Shown: positions 13,398 through 25,424, counted from the stretch's first letter. The stretch is 64,000 nt of DNA from Tubulanus polymorphus (GCF_964204645.1 NC_134035.1:10324451-10388450), one strand, 5' to 3'. Notes: a model not told the origin generated them from the letters alone. Translations and numbers: made by a program.

Positions 13398-15961
13398 CGT
13401 AATCCAATGTGTTTTTCTCTTAGCCAAGGTGCTGGGTCGTGTTAATTATTGACGACAAACTAAGTACGCTAACAATTAGCATGGGCCTCAATTTAAGTAA
13501 TGCACGACCTGGTCATTTTTAATTTTTGATTTAACGAAGAATGAATAAAAACAATAAAAGTAGGGGTCTATACAAATTTAACAGTTATGCCACTTCGCGT
13601 TAAGATTAATTGCAAATTTACGCTTTAGTTAATTCCCCCTTGTTTGTCCATTAAAAACCATTTGATTGTTATTAATATTTGATTTTCGAGTACGTTAGAG
13701 GCTTTAGTGCTAGATTTTATTCTCAAGTTGCAGACATATTGTCTCGCGCCTGTTGAATCAGCCATCTGAATTACTGCTTATTTTGCACATTGTAAAAGAC
13801 ATTGACAAATTCAACTGTTTTTTTTTGCGCTTTCCTCGTATCTTGTGACAGCTCTTTTTGGTCCGACAATGTCTTCTACATGGCGTGTTAGGCCCCAAAT
13901 GTTCTGCAGCCAATATGGCGTGTCAGGCCCCAAATGGTCTGCAGAATAGCTTCAATTGAGACATGGCGTGAGAGGACGCGATCGGTTTTCTATGGAAGCA
14001 ACTAATTGTCACTAATTATATCTTTAGTTTCAATTAGTTATATATTGTTCATAATCATAAAGTCTTAGAAAACAAAACAAATACTGCTAGAAAATCGCGA
14101 TTTGTCTTCTATATGGCGTGTCAGGCCCCGAATGTTCTGCAGCCAATATGGCGTATCAAGCCCTAAATGGTCTGCAGAATAGCTTCAATTTACATGGCGT
14201 GAGAGGACCCGATCGGTTTTTCGTAGAAATAAATGAATAATTGTGACTGATTATCATAAATTTCAATCAGTAGTACAATAATCATTAAGTCTTAGAAATA
14301 GGTTTATAAATCGTTGTTTTTATTGTGTTCACATGTTAAAATATACAAAAATCGCTTTGGTAAATGTAGCTGATGATCTCCTGATTCACCGTCTCGATTC
14401 ACTGTCATTTTCCCTCCGGCACCATGATGGAAACCTGTAAAAAACATAGTCGCAGAATTTTACATAAAAATCTTTCGATATATATGCATAACTGAATATA
14501 GTTATGAAGTAAAAACGGGATATAATTTTCTTTCAAAGTGGTTGGACTGAACGGAATACTTCACAAAAAAAGTATTAGTACCGCTACTGTGTATATATTT
14601 AGACAGTAAGTTAAGAATAAATAGAAATTCATTACACATTGACATATCGGTACATGAAATTATCTCATTCAGGTTTTACACGTCGTATCGGACTTAAAAA
14701 CGTGGTCCGTTCGACGCGAACATATATCTTCGTTCCGTGTGAATTATATATAGTCTGCATTTTGCTCGGGGCTTGTGACGCCATGTCAGATATGGCGTGA
14801 CAAGCCCCGGGGCTTGTGACGCCATGTTCTGCTGATTCTTAAGATTGACTTCACTCAAAACTTTGAGCTTTTATCATTTACTCGTATTTTGTTTCCGGGT
14901 TCTCTACTGACTTGCATTTGGGATCAAGCTTCATAGCCAAATTCAAATTTAGTTTATAACTCATTCATATACCCTCACTTGCCAGGGTTCATCTACTCAC
15001 CAAAAAGAAAAAAACGTTCGGTCGAACGCACAATTGGACAACAAGGTGCATGTGCATGGCGGATGGTTTTCAATTCATTTCAACCACAGTGACTTGCCTG
15101 AATAATAGATTGTGAAATTGATGTCAAAAAGTTATAACGTTCACTCTTGCAGTTTTGACAAATTTCTGAAAGCGAAACTGTGGAGGCGGCAGCAATGGTC
15201 AAACGTCGGGAAAACTGATAACTGATAACGTATTACTTAAACCGTTTCATCCAGTATCATCTAAGTCATAGGCCATCCGTCTAGGTGTTGGTATAATTGA
15301 TATTCACTGTTATTGTTAATTCGGATAGTTGCGTTCAAGATCCTTCATTGGTGGCGATTTCTGTTGTGGGGAAACTAGACAGAGATGTAGAGCCAACGAA
15401 CGCAAGAGTGGAATATTCTTGATTTATAGATTTAATACGTCGTAATGTGGTGAAAGACAAGAGGGTGACCGGAGAATGACAATGAAAATCTAACATAATC
15501 AAGTTGTGGGTCGATTCGGTTAGTAATAATAAACATGGCATTGTCCGATTAGTCGTGGTAAATTATACGTGCCTCAAGAGAGTAACCACGACTAGGCAAG
15601 ACAACTTTAAAATGATAAAATATTAAAACCTAACTGCGCAAGAGTTGCTTTTCTTTGTACAAAGCACAATTCTACTGCGATCCTAGAATATTGGTGCAGT
15701 TCCTCGAAGACGAATTTTCACTCAGTCAGTATCATTAACAACTTCGGTTTCAATATCTTAATAGCGGGATTTTGAAACGGATGCGTAAAATCAGATGGTG
15801 AAGTTTTGAAATGGAAAAATCACAATCGGAAGCCGATTAATTTGCTACACCATGACGACTAGAGAGATTGTAACGACGAACAGAATATTACATCGAGAAA
15901 AAATAATCAAAAATATATTGATATCGAAATGTTTTGTTGTTTTTCGACGGTGAAATGGAAG

Positions 15962-17347
15962 TTAAGATTGTAATGTCGATTTTAAGAATGTCAGCATCTT
16001 GTTCCACGAATTTTCCTGCGCCTTCGCATGAAGCATTTTCTCACCGCCGTAATCGAATACACTCTTAAACATCTTATGATAGCAATATCGAGTTAACGGG
16101 GTATGGGGTAATTCGAGTAGATGCCCGGCCCCAGGACACATGAGTAACTCATAGTTCTGACGACCGTGATTGCGGAGACGTTCGACTAAGTTGATCGTAC
16201 TTTGGGGATGACAGGTCAAATCGTATTGACCCGCGATAAGCAGAAATTTTGCTGTATCCGATTTTTCTATTTGAAGTAAAGAACCATTGTCTTTATCTAC
16301 ATCGCATTCGGGATAAATGAAGTGTTTGTAGCGGCGAGTATTTTCTTCGGTAATGGCGAAGTCTCTTGTAAAATCCATCGGAAAAAAGGGTTTAATTTGA
16401 CCGCCTATCGCAGTCGGCCATAGTAAAGAATGACTGAACGAGTTTATAGCGACAAGTGCTGTGATATATCTGCATACCTCAGTCATCATAATCCCAATTT
16501 CCGCTCCTTTTGACACACCAACCACTCCAATTCCATTGCGTGAATCAACATCCTGTTGCTCCCGAAGCCAATCGACAGCTTCTATGAAATAGTTCATATC
16601 CAGTTGATCAACTTTCGTAGGCAAATCTTCGTAGTCGAAATAAGCTAAGGCTAAACTCGCAATACCACGTGACGCCAGTAATGCGGATCTGTACTCGACG
16701 CAGCCTCCGCTTGTGCCAAACATATCAATAACAGCAGGAAATGGACCGGTACCAACCGGACGAAAAAACGTACCTCTGATTCTACCAGTGCGAATAACTG
16801 TGCGTTCGACATCTGCGGATTTGTACCATCTCTTTATATCGGCGTTTCCTAAAGGAATTAGGGAGGGTTTCTCGTTGAAGATGTCTTCATATGCCACATG
16901 ATCGGAGAACATTTTAAAATTGATATCTAACGGGGTCGCAACGTCCTTCTTCATGAAGCGGATACCAGGTCTTTGACCGGGTAGCGGTTCCATACCCCAG
17001 AGAAGTCCATGAGGATGGACACCAACATAGCTACCGCCTACAGATGGGTCTCTTGTCAAATCTAATGTTCCATCCGGTCCAGTCACGAAATAACTATATG
17101 CTCCGAATTTAAATCCACCTTCATGCATTTCTGAATACAGCGTCACATTTTCAAGTGGTTTGATATTATCAGCTTCGATTTTAAGGGATGCATCCACCAG
17201 GTCGTTATCAGGATTAACGCGCAGACGACAGTTTACTCCCTTTTCAGCGACATTGTGGTACAACCTCGAAACCAGGAATTTGTCCCTGAAATACTTCGCA
17301 GATAATCCGTGTCTATACGATGTGCATATTCTCACGGGTATCAGCAT
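15962..17347 (-). CDS. acyl-CoA thioesterase / BAAT family alpha-beta hydrolase, copy 1
   Basis: GGSYVGVHPHGLLWGM, RIRGTFFRP...GPFPAVIDMFG, RSALLASRG, GVSKG (Ser), GQYD (Asp), GAGHLLE (His); Arg-rich N-terminus resembling a mitochondrial presequence; single ORF. Confidence 0.93.
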   Translation of the reverse strand: MLIPVRICTSYRHGLSAKYFRDKFLVSRLYHNVAEKGVNCRLRVNPDNDLVDASLKIEADNIKPLENVTLYSEMHEGGFKFGAYSYFVTGPDGTLDLTRDPSVGGSYVGVHPHGLLWGMEPLPGQRPGIRFMKKDVATPLDINFKMFSDHVAYEDIFNEKPSLIPLGNADIKRWYKSADVERTVIRTGRIRGTFFRPVGTGPFPAVIDMFGTSGGCVEYRSALLASRGIASLALAYFDYEDLPTKVDQLDMNYFIEAVDWLREQQDVDSRNGIGVVGVSKGAEIGIMMTEVCRYITALVAINSFSHSLLWPTAIGGQIKPFFPMDFTRDFAITEENTRRYKHFIYPECDVDKDNGSLLQIEKSDTAKFLLIAGQYDLTCHPQSTINLVERLRNHGRQNYELLMCPGAGHLLELPHTPLTRYCYHKMFKSVFDYGGEKMLHAKAQENSWNKMLTFLKSTLQS

Positions 17348-18315
17348 TTTCACGTTAAATTTCGTAGTTTCTTTAGTCTCTTCTTAAAATCTGAATAAGA
17401 TTGATGGAATTTGCGTCTCAATTATTTTAAGGATAAGAAAATTTTTAGACGATTAGAAATAAACAAATGACCGCTTACCCTCATGAATTAGTGTATTAGA
17501 CGGCTTACCTCTTTAAATGAATCATTTACATTAGGTCTTGATATCTTTGAATAGAGTACATAGTGAATAACGATAAGAAATGTGAACAAGTTATATCTGT
17601 TATCGGTTGTTTATCAGCCCCAATTCGTTCAAGTTTATTCAAACTTTCATTTATCAATTCTATATTCCATTCATTTTTTTCTTTGCTTAGTGCGAGTGTT
17701 ATATAGTGTTTTTTAAGCTGAAAAAGATACATGTATTTCTGAAAATGTTTACATTCTGTGTTGCTCTGTGCGGTGAATATCTTACTCACTGGGATCGTTC
17801 ACCAGATCTCGACATTAGAGCGAAATAACTTGTACACACAAAAGTCCAAACATCTAAAACCATCATATTGAAACAATGTGATTCATTTTTACGGCGAGAT
17901 TTATCTAACGGAAAGTACATTTTTAACGATTTTACTAGTGACCTTCAGTGACTTGTTCTGCAGTTCATAAAGGAAATTCGGAAAGATATTTCATATACCA
18001 CAAAAACAAAATAATTCATTTAAAGCCTAGATTGGATAGTTCATTGTAACTCAAGATTTTATTATAGGGGTCCTCTCAGTTTGTATATCTTTCATTTTAG
18101 CTGGCCATGGCCTTCACAGTAGATCATGCTGCGCATGCGATACTTAATAATCCTTCGACGGACCAGTCATGCAGACCCTTTAGATTTGCAATATCAGTCA
18201 GTTTTGGAAAACTCTGTGTTCAAGCAAATGTCCGATTTTTCCTTAATTATGAAATGTATCTATCTACGATCACCTCATAATTAGTCCAGTATTTGTTTAT
18301 CGCCTTTGATAGACG

Positions 18316-19713
18316 TCATGATTGTAATGTCGATTTTAAGAATTTCAGCGTCTTGTTCCACGCATTTTCTTGAGCCTTTGCATGAAGCATTTTCTCCCCA
18401 CCAAAATCTGCTATGCTTCTAAGAAATTTCTGATAGCAAAATCGAACCAACGGGGCATGCGGTGGTTCGATCAGATGCCCGGCCCCAGGACACATGAGTA
18501 ACTCATAATTCTCACGACCGTGATTGCGGAGACGATTCATTAAGCTGAACGCACTTCGTGGATGACTCGACAAATCATACTGACCCACGATGAACAGAAA
18601 CGTTGCTGTATCTGATTGTTCAATTTGAATCAAAGAACGGTTATCATCCTCTACGTCATAGTCTGGGTAGATAATGTAGTTTTTGTAGCTGAAAATACAT
18701 CCCTCGGTGACTTTTAAGTCTTTCGCAAATTTTAGCTGTAATTCAGGTCTAATGTGACCGCCTATCGCAGTTGGCCAAAAAAGCGTGTGGGTAAATGGAT
18801 TTATAGCGACAACCGCCGTAATGTCGCTGCATACCTCAGTTATCATAAGCGCAATTTCTGCTCCTTTTGACACACCAACCACTGCGATTCCATTACGCGA
18901 ATCAACATCCTGTTGCTCCCGAAGCCAATCGACAGCTTCGATGAAATAGTTCATATCCAGTTGATCAACTTTCGTAGGCAAATCTTCGTAGTCGAAATAA
19001 GCTAAGGCTAAACTCGCAATACCACGTGACGCCAGTAATGCGGATCTGTGCTCGACGCAGCCTCCGTTGGTACCAAACATATCAATTACGGCTGGAAATG
19101 GACCGGTACCAACCGGACGAAAAAACGTACCTCTGATTCTACCAGTGCGAATAACTGTGCGTTCGACATCTGCGGATTTGTACCATCTCTTTATATCGGC
19201 GTTTCCTAAAGGAATTAGGGAGGGTTTCTCGTTAAGGATATCTTCAAATGTTACATGATCGGAGAACATTTTCAATTTGATATCTAACGGAGTCGTAACG
19301 TCCTTCTTCATGAAACGAATACCGAGTCTTTGACCGCGTAGCGGTTCCATACCCCAGAGAAGTCCATGAGGATGGACACCAACATAGCTACCACCTACAG
19401 ATGGGTCTCTTGTCAAATCTAATGTTCCATCCGGTCCGGTCACGAAATAACTATATGCACCGAATTTAAATCCACCTTCAAGCATTTCTGAATACAGCGT
19501 CACATTCTCAAGTGGTTTGATATTATCAGCTTCGATTTTAAGGGATGCATCCACCAGGTCGTTATCAGGAGTAACGCGCAAACGGCATTTCATTCCTCTT
19601 TCAGTGACATTGTGGTATAATTTTGAAAGTAAAGTTTGAAACTTCTTTCTGAAACTCTTCTCGAATAATTTGCGTCGAAACAATGCACACGTTCTACTCA
19701 CGGATAACAACAT
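18316..19713 (-). CDS. ACOT/BAAT family, copy 2
   Basis: Same motifs (GVSKG, GQYD, GAGHLIEPP); likely start MLLSVSR. Confidence 0.93.
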   Translation of the reverse strand: MLLSVSRTCALFRRKLFEKSFRKKFQTLLSKLYHNVTERGMKCRLRVTPDNDLVDASLKIEADNIKPLENVTLYSEMLEGGFKFGAYSYFVTGPDGTLDLTRDPSVGGSYVGVHPHGLLWGMEPLRGQRLGIRFMKKDVTTPLDIKLKMFSDHVTFEDILNEKPSLIPLGNADIKRWYKSADVERTVIRTGRIRGTFFRPVGTGPFPAVIDMFGTNGGCVEHRSALLASRGIASLALAYFDYEDLPTKVDQLDMNYFIEAVDWLREQQDVDSRNGIAVVGVSKGAEIALMITEVCSDITAVVAINPFTHTLFWPTAIGGHIRPELQLKFAKDLKVTEGCIFSYKNYIIYPDYDVEDDNRSLIQIEQSDTATFLFIVGQYDLSSHPRSAFSLMNRLRNHGRENYELLMCPGAGHLIEPPHAPLVRFCYQKFLRSIADFGGEKMLHAKAQENAWNKTLKFLKSTLQS

Positions 19714-20054
19714 TTTCACGTTAATTTCGCAATTTGTAGAATCCCTCCTATTCAATTATACATCTGAATAAAATGGAAATGGTTATTCAAGCATTTTGAG
19801 AATGAGAGCTTAAAACTATTACAAATCCATTTATCAGGACTTACCTCCTGCAATTATTTACATTAGGTCCTACAGAGTTCATTATGATACGAGAACTACG
19901 AAAACGAAGGCTTTTCAGGTTAGCTCTAATCGATTCTTTATCTTTCTACTGACATTTATTCAAACTTGCATATGAACATTTTGTATTCGATGTACATGTA
20001 TACCTTTTACGGTGTGAATTTTGTTCTGTTTTTTTTCTGGCTTTCATATGAGTT

Positions 20055-21410
20055 ATAGTTATAATGTGGATTTTAAGAATGTCAGCGTCTTGTCCGACGA
20101 ATTATCCTGAGCCTTTGCATGAAGCATTTTTTCACCGCCGCAGTCGAGACTATTTCCAGTGAACTTATGATAGCATTACCGAGTTAACGGGGCATGCGGT
20201 GGTTCGATCAGATTCCCGGCCCCAGAGCACACGAGTAATTCATAGTTCTGACGACTGATTGCGAAGGCGGTTGACTAAGTTGAACGCACTTCGGGGATGA
20301 CATAACAAATCGTATTGACCCACGATGAACAGAAAGTTTGCTGTATCTTATTTCTCAACTTGAATCAAAGAACGGTTATCCTCATCTACGTCACAGTCTG
20401 GGTAGATTGCCATATTTCTGTAACAGAAAGGGGTTTCTTCGGATGTGAAACGGCCTTTGGCTAATTCAATCTGGAAATTAGGTCTTATTTGCCAATGAAT
20501 AGCAGTTGGCCAAAAAAGAGAATGGATTTATAGCGACAACCGCCGTGATGTAGCTGCATACCTCAGTCATCATAATCGCAATTTCTGCTCCTTTTGACAC
20601 ACCAACCACACCAATTCCATTGTGCGAATCAACATCCTGTTTCTCTCGAAGCCAATCGACAGCTTCGATGAAATAGTTCATATCCAGTTGATCAACTTTC
20701 GAAGGCAAATCTTCGTAGTCGAAATAAGCTAAGGCTAAACTCGCAATACCACGTGACGCCAGTAATGCGGATCTGTGCTCGACGCAGCCTCCGTTGGTAC
20801 CAAACATATCAATTACGGCAGGAAATGGACCGGTACCAACCGGACGAAAAAACGTCCCCCGATTCTACCAGTGCGAATAATGAGCGTTCAACATCGGTGG
20901 ATTTGTACCATCTCTTTATATCGGCGTTTCCTAAAGGAATTAGGGAGGGTTTCTCGTTAAAGATATCTTCAAATGTTACATGATCGGAGAACATGTTCAA
21001 TTTGATATCTAACGGGGTCGTAACATCTTTTTCATAAAGCGGATACCAGGTCTTTGACCGGGTAGCGGTTCCATACCCCAGAGAAGTCCATGAGGATGGA
21101 CACCAACATAGCTACCACCTACAGATGGGTCTCTTCACAAATCTAATGTTCCATCCGGTCCGGTCACGAAATTACTATATGCAACGTATTCAAATCCACC
21201 TTCATGCGTTTCTGAATACAGTGTCACATTTTCAAGTGGTTTGATATTATCAGCTTCGATTTTAAGGGATGCATCAATCAGGAGTAACGCGCAGACAACA
21301 TTTCAACCATTTTTAGCGACACTGTGGTACAATCTCGAAACCAGGAACTTGCCCCTGACATACTTTCCGTATCTAAACGATCCACATATTCTCATGGGTA
21401 TCAGCAGTCT
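20055..21410 (-). pseudogene. ACOT/BAAT family pseudogene
   Basis: Colinear with the neighbouring copies but broken by several small deletions/frameshifts (fragment ORFs 20478-20807 and 20809-21000; deletion near the DNDLV codons at ~21278). Confidence 0.88.
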
Positions 21411-22444
21411 TTTCCTAAGATCTGAATAAGATTGATGAAAATGATAATTCAATGATTTGAAGTTGTGAGAAACGCTTATACATGTATATGTGACTATTAT
21501 TTATGAATCACCAAAATGACCCCCTACTCCCATGAATCAATGTATCACCATACATTTGTACTTGCTTTCACTTACTTTAAATGATTCTATGTCCCACTGA
21601 GTACAGTGTGATATTGAACAAGTTCTCTTATTGATTCTTTATCAGCACCAAGTTAATTTGAACCATTCTATCAATTTCATATTCGATTATCTATTTTCTC
21701 TTTGTAAACTATGAAAATTATATATGTACTAGCTGAAAAATATGTAGGCCTTCGTGTTTCTTAAAACGTTTAAGCTGCATTTCCCTGCCCGGCACGCCTT
21801 TCTAATCGCATTTTTAAAAACCTGAACTAGATGAAGTCTAACATTACTTCTACTATCAACCGTTTTACTACTACTACGTGTAGTACCGTTTTCCCGGCTT
21901 TTGAGCGGTGGTTGAGCGAAAGAAATCACATACGAACTATAAAAGGTGTCTTTCTTAAAACAGTATGAGTGTCAACTCAGATTTTAATCTGTATACTATA
22001 TATAGGACAGTAATTCATGGCTTTACAGTAAAGAACAGTATGAATTCAACGCTGTGGATTGTTGGTGACACAAATACCCCCGTGTTTTGAATCGCTCCAA
22101 CTGTAACATCGGAAAAACACTTCATATCTTTTATGGCGAGTTCTACTTTATGGAAAGTACAATTTCTTTAGAATTTTATGAGTGACTCTCAGTGACCTAC
22201 CTTATCCAATCAAGATGTATTGAAACGAAATCTTTTATTCCACATATACGTGTATAATCATTATCGAGGAATTGGAGCATTTATCGAAGAATATCAAAAC
22301 GAATGGGAATCTAACGCAATTTGTACACTGAATTGAATTTTTTTCAAAATTGGATAAACTTTCTGTGAGAAAACAAAAAACAACCAAAGACTTTATTCGT
22401 ACGTGTAGTTCTACACTTTATAGCGCGAAACAGTACAATGTACG

Positions 22445-23848
22445 TTATCTAGTTTCTTTTTCGTTTCGTAATTTCGATTTTAAAAATTTCAGCATTCTAT
22501 TCCACGAATTTTCCTGAGCTTTAGCATGAAGCGTTTTTTCACCCCCATAGTCGACTACATTTCCTAAGAACTTAAAATAGCAATATCGAGTGACGGGGGT
22601 ATGTGGTAGTTCTAGAAGATGTCCGGCCCCAGGACACATGAGTAACTCATAGTTCTGACGACCGTGTTTGCGGAGACGTTTCACTAAGTTGAACGAACTT
22701 TTGGGATGATATATTAAATCGTATTGACCCACGATAAGCAGAAAGTTTGCTGTATCGGATTTCTCGACTTGAATCAAAGAACGGTTATCATCATCTACGT
22801 CACAGTCTGGGTAGATAGCGTTATTTTTGTAGCAGAAAGGGCTTCCCTCGGTGAAGTCTTTCGCCAATTTTATCGGGTTACCAGGTCTAATGTGACCGCC
22901 TATCAAAGTCGGCCAAAAGAGCGTGTGGGTAAATGGATTTATAGCGACAACCGCCGTAATGTCGCTGCATACCTCAGTCATCATAAGCGCAATTTCTGCT
23001 CCTTTCGACAGACCAACCACTCCGATTCCATTGCGTGAATCAACATCCTGTTGCTCCTGGAGCCAATCGACAGCTTCGATGAAATAGTTCATATCCAGTT
23101 GATCAACTTTCGAATGCAAATCTTCGTAGTCGAAATAAGCTAAGGCTAAACTCGCAATACCACGTGATGCCAGTAATGCGGATCTGTGCTCGACGCAGCC
23201 TCCGTTGGTACCATAGATATCAATTGCGGCAGGAAATGGACCGGTACCAACCGGACGAAAAAACGTACCTCTGATTCTACCAGTGCGAATAACTGTGCGT
23301 TCGACATTTGCGGATTTGTACCATCTCTTTATATCGGCGTTTCCTAAAGGAATTAGGGAGGGTTTCTCGTTGAAGATGTCTTCATATGCCACATGATCGG
23401 AGAACATTTTAAAATTGATATCTAACGGGGTCGTAACGTCCTTCTTCATGAAGCGGATACCAGGTCTTTGACCGGGTAGCGGTTCCATACCCCAGAGAAG
23501 TCCGTGAGGATGGACACCAACATAGCTACCACCTACAGATGGGTCTCTTGTCAAATCTAATGTTCCATCCGGTCCGGTCACGAAATAACTATATGCACCG
23601 AATTTAAATCCACCTTCATGCATTTCTGAATACAGCGTCACATTCTCAAGTGGTTTGATATTATCAGCTTCGATTTTAAGGGATGCATCAATCAGATCAT
23701 TATCAGGAGTAACGCGCAGACGACGTTTCACTGCTTTTTCAGCGACATTGTGATACAATCTGAAAACTGATAACATCTCTCTGATACATGTATACTTCCC
23801 AGATAATCCGAGTTGAAACGATGCACATATTCTGACGGGTATCAGCAT
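22445..23848 (-). CDS. ACOT/BAAT family, copy 3
   Basis: GLSKG, GQYD, GAGH; start MLIPVR chosen by homology to copy 1 (the longer ORF-track extension is probably 5' UTR/intron). Confidence 0.92.
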   Translation of the reverse strand: MLIPVRICASFQLGLSGKYTCIREMLSVFRLYHNVAEKAVKRRLRVTPDNDLIDASLKIEADNIKPLENVTLYSEMHEGGFKFGAYSYFVTGPDGTLDLTRDPSVGGSYVGVHPHGLLWGMEPLPGQRPGIRFMKKDVTTPLDINFKMFSDHVAYEDIFNEKPSLIPLGNADIKRWYKSANVERTVIRTGRIRGTFFRPVGTGPFPAAIDIYGTNGGCVEHRSALLASRGIASLALAYFDYEDLHSKVDQLDMNYFIEAVDWLQEQQDVDSRNGIGVVGLSKGAEIALMMTEVCSDITAVVAINPFTHTLFWPTLIGGHIRPGNPIKLAKDFTEGSPFCYKNNAIYPDCDVDDDNRSLIQVEKSDTANFLLIVGQYDLIYHPKSSFNLVKRLRKHGRQNYELLMCPGAGHLLELPHTPVTRYCYFKFLGNVVDYGGEKTLHAKAQENSWNRMLKFLKSKLRNEKETR

Positions 23849-24822
23849 TTTACACGTTGAATTTCGTAGTTTCTTCAGTCTCTTCGAAAAATCTGAATAA
23901 GATTGGTGGAAATGGCGTCTCAATATTCTGAAGACGTGAGAAACGCTTAAAACTATTTTACAAATCACCGAAATGATCTCTCGACCTCTGTATCGTTTAC
24001 CTCCTTTGAATTGATCATTGATTATTATCATGATTAAGTATCGGCGAGTATAGAGTGAAATGAACAAATTATATCTCATCGATTCAGCATTAATTTGGTC
24101 AAGTTTATTCGAATTAGTATCTATCAATTTTGAGTTCTACTATGTATATTTTTAATAAGCATGTATGAACATTATATGTTTACGAGCTAAACAAAAGATG
24201 GCAATTTCTAAGAATGTTTGTACATGATACATGATACATTTATCTGAACAGCAACCATCTGGATTTGTTTACCTGAACGAGATGGTTAAGTGACATCTAC
24301 AATCCAAAGTTTTACTAGATCTAATTCCGATGTCCTGACTACTGAGCGGTTGAGCGAGAGAAATCACGAACGACGAGAGACGCGACTTTCACCTTGGAAT
24401 AATTGTGAAATGATAACCACAAGCTTTTACTTTGAACTATAAACTGCATGAATGTCAACTCCGATTTGTTCAGTACTTTATATATGCGACACGTTTCGTG
24501 GCAGGACAGTTTATTCATGGCTTTTGAACTCAGTAAAGAACATTATTAGTGACTTTCAACGCTGCGGTTTGCCCCATGTGACATGTGAATCGCGACAACA
24601 TCGGAAACAATGCTTTCCATCTTTGCGACGAGTTCTCATCTCGTCGAAAGAAACATTTTCTTTGCGATTTGATGAGTGACATTAGTGACTTGCTTTGCCT
24701 TTCATCAAGAGAAATCAAAAGAGATTTAGCCGACATAATTATTAAGCCAGATAAGATTCGTTAGTTTTTTACTACAATATATGATACAGACAATTAATTT
24801 CTTTTCATGCAGTTTGAGTGTG

Positions 24823-25286
24823 AGTAATAGGGGTAATGGGCTTTCATACCAAAGGTCGAACGGTCGAGCTCGTAAAAAATGAAAAACATAAAAATAATAA
24901 CAATTTCTACTTGAATTACTCGCGAAACTCATAAAAATGAAAAATAAATTCTCACACGCTCGAATTTATTTTTCATTTTATGAGTTTCACTCCTAATTCA
25001 AGTAGAAATTGTAATTATTTTTATGTTTTTCATTTTTACTCACCCGCCCGTTCAACCTTTGATATGAAAGCCCATTACCCCTATTACTCTTAAAATATTC
25101 ATATATATATATGAATAACATTTAAATCATTGAACTTCTAAAATCAATTTAAATAAAAAATATAGTATTAAAATGGAAGCAAATAAGTACTACTGCCCAA
25201 CATGTAATATCGATATAGATAAATCCCAAAAAGCAAGACACAATAAAACTAGAACACATTTAGAGAATAAATTGAAACTAGAATAT
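24823..25286 (+). repeat. left terminal inverted repeat (~464 bp); first 266 bp form an imperfect hairpin
   Basis: Reverse complement of 42331-42792 apart from one AT unit; 24823-25088 is self-complementary around a loop at ~24952-24961. Confidence 0.95.
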
Positions 25287-25424
25287 TTACAGTTATATTC
25301 AGAACAGTTAACAAAGGGAAAGAAATTTATTGAATTATGGAATAATGATCCAAACAATGAACAATACGTTGAGGAATTTATTATCAAGGAATCGAAAGAA
25401 CTTATCAAAAGCAGCGAGGAATGA
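25173..25424 (+). CDS. 83-aa chimeric ORF: pPolB N-terminal zinc finger (duplicated by the TIR) fused to a short tail
   Basis: First 38 aa identical to the pPolB N-terminus; tail LQLYSEQLTKGKKFIELWN resembles the HNH ORF tail LQLYLDQLDKAKTFVELWN. Confidence 0.6.
   Translation: MEANKYYCPTCNIDIDKSQKARHNKTRTHLENKLKLEYLQLYSEQLTKGKKFIELWNNDPNNEQYVEEFIIKESKELIKSSEE

Larger units (their letters stand above)
4255..14836 (-). mobile_element. Zisupton/KDZ-type (HMGXB3-like transposase) DNA transposon, apparently full length
   Basis: Direct repeat TCTTAAGA at 4247-4254 and 14837-14844. Imperfect inverted ends share ATGGCGTCACAAGCCCCG(A/G)GGCTTGTCACGCCATAT. An internal multi-exon transposase gene is present. 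Confidence 0.85.

Noticed and set aside
4244-14847. Kolobok/piggyBac assignment from the TTAA at both ends
   Set aside because: The protein is KDZ-type and the duplication extends to 8 bp; a TTAA-only TSD cannot be fully excluded.
22445-22480. SKL near the ACOT C-termini as a peroxisomal PTS1
   Set aside because: SKL is followed by 7-8 more residues, so it is not terminal; copies 1 and 2 read STL at this position.
23849-24127. N-terminal extensions of the 560-aa and 528-aa ACOT ORFs
   Set aside because: Non-ATG starts and not conserved in frame between the two paralogs; more likely UTR/intron.
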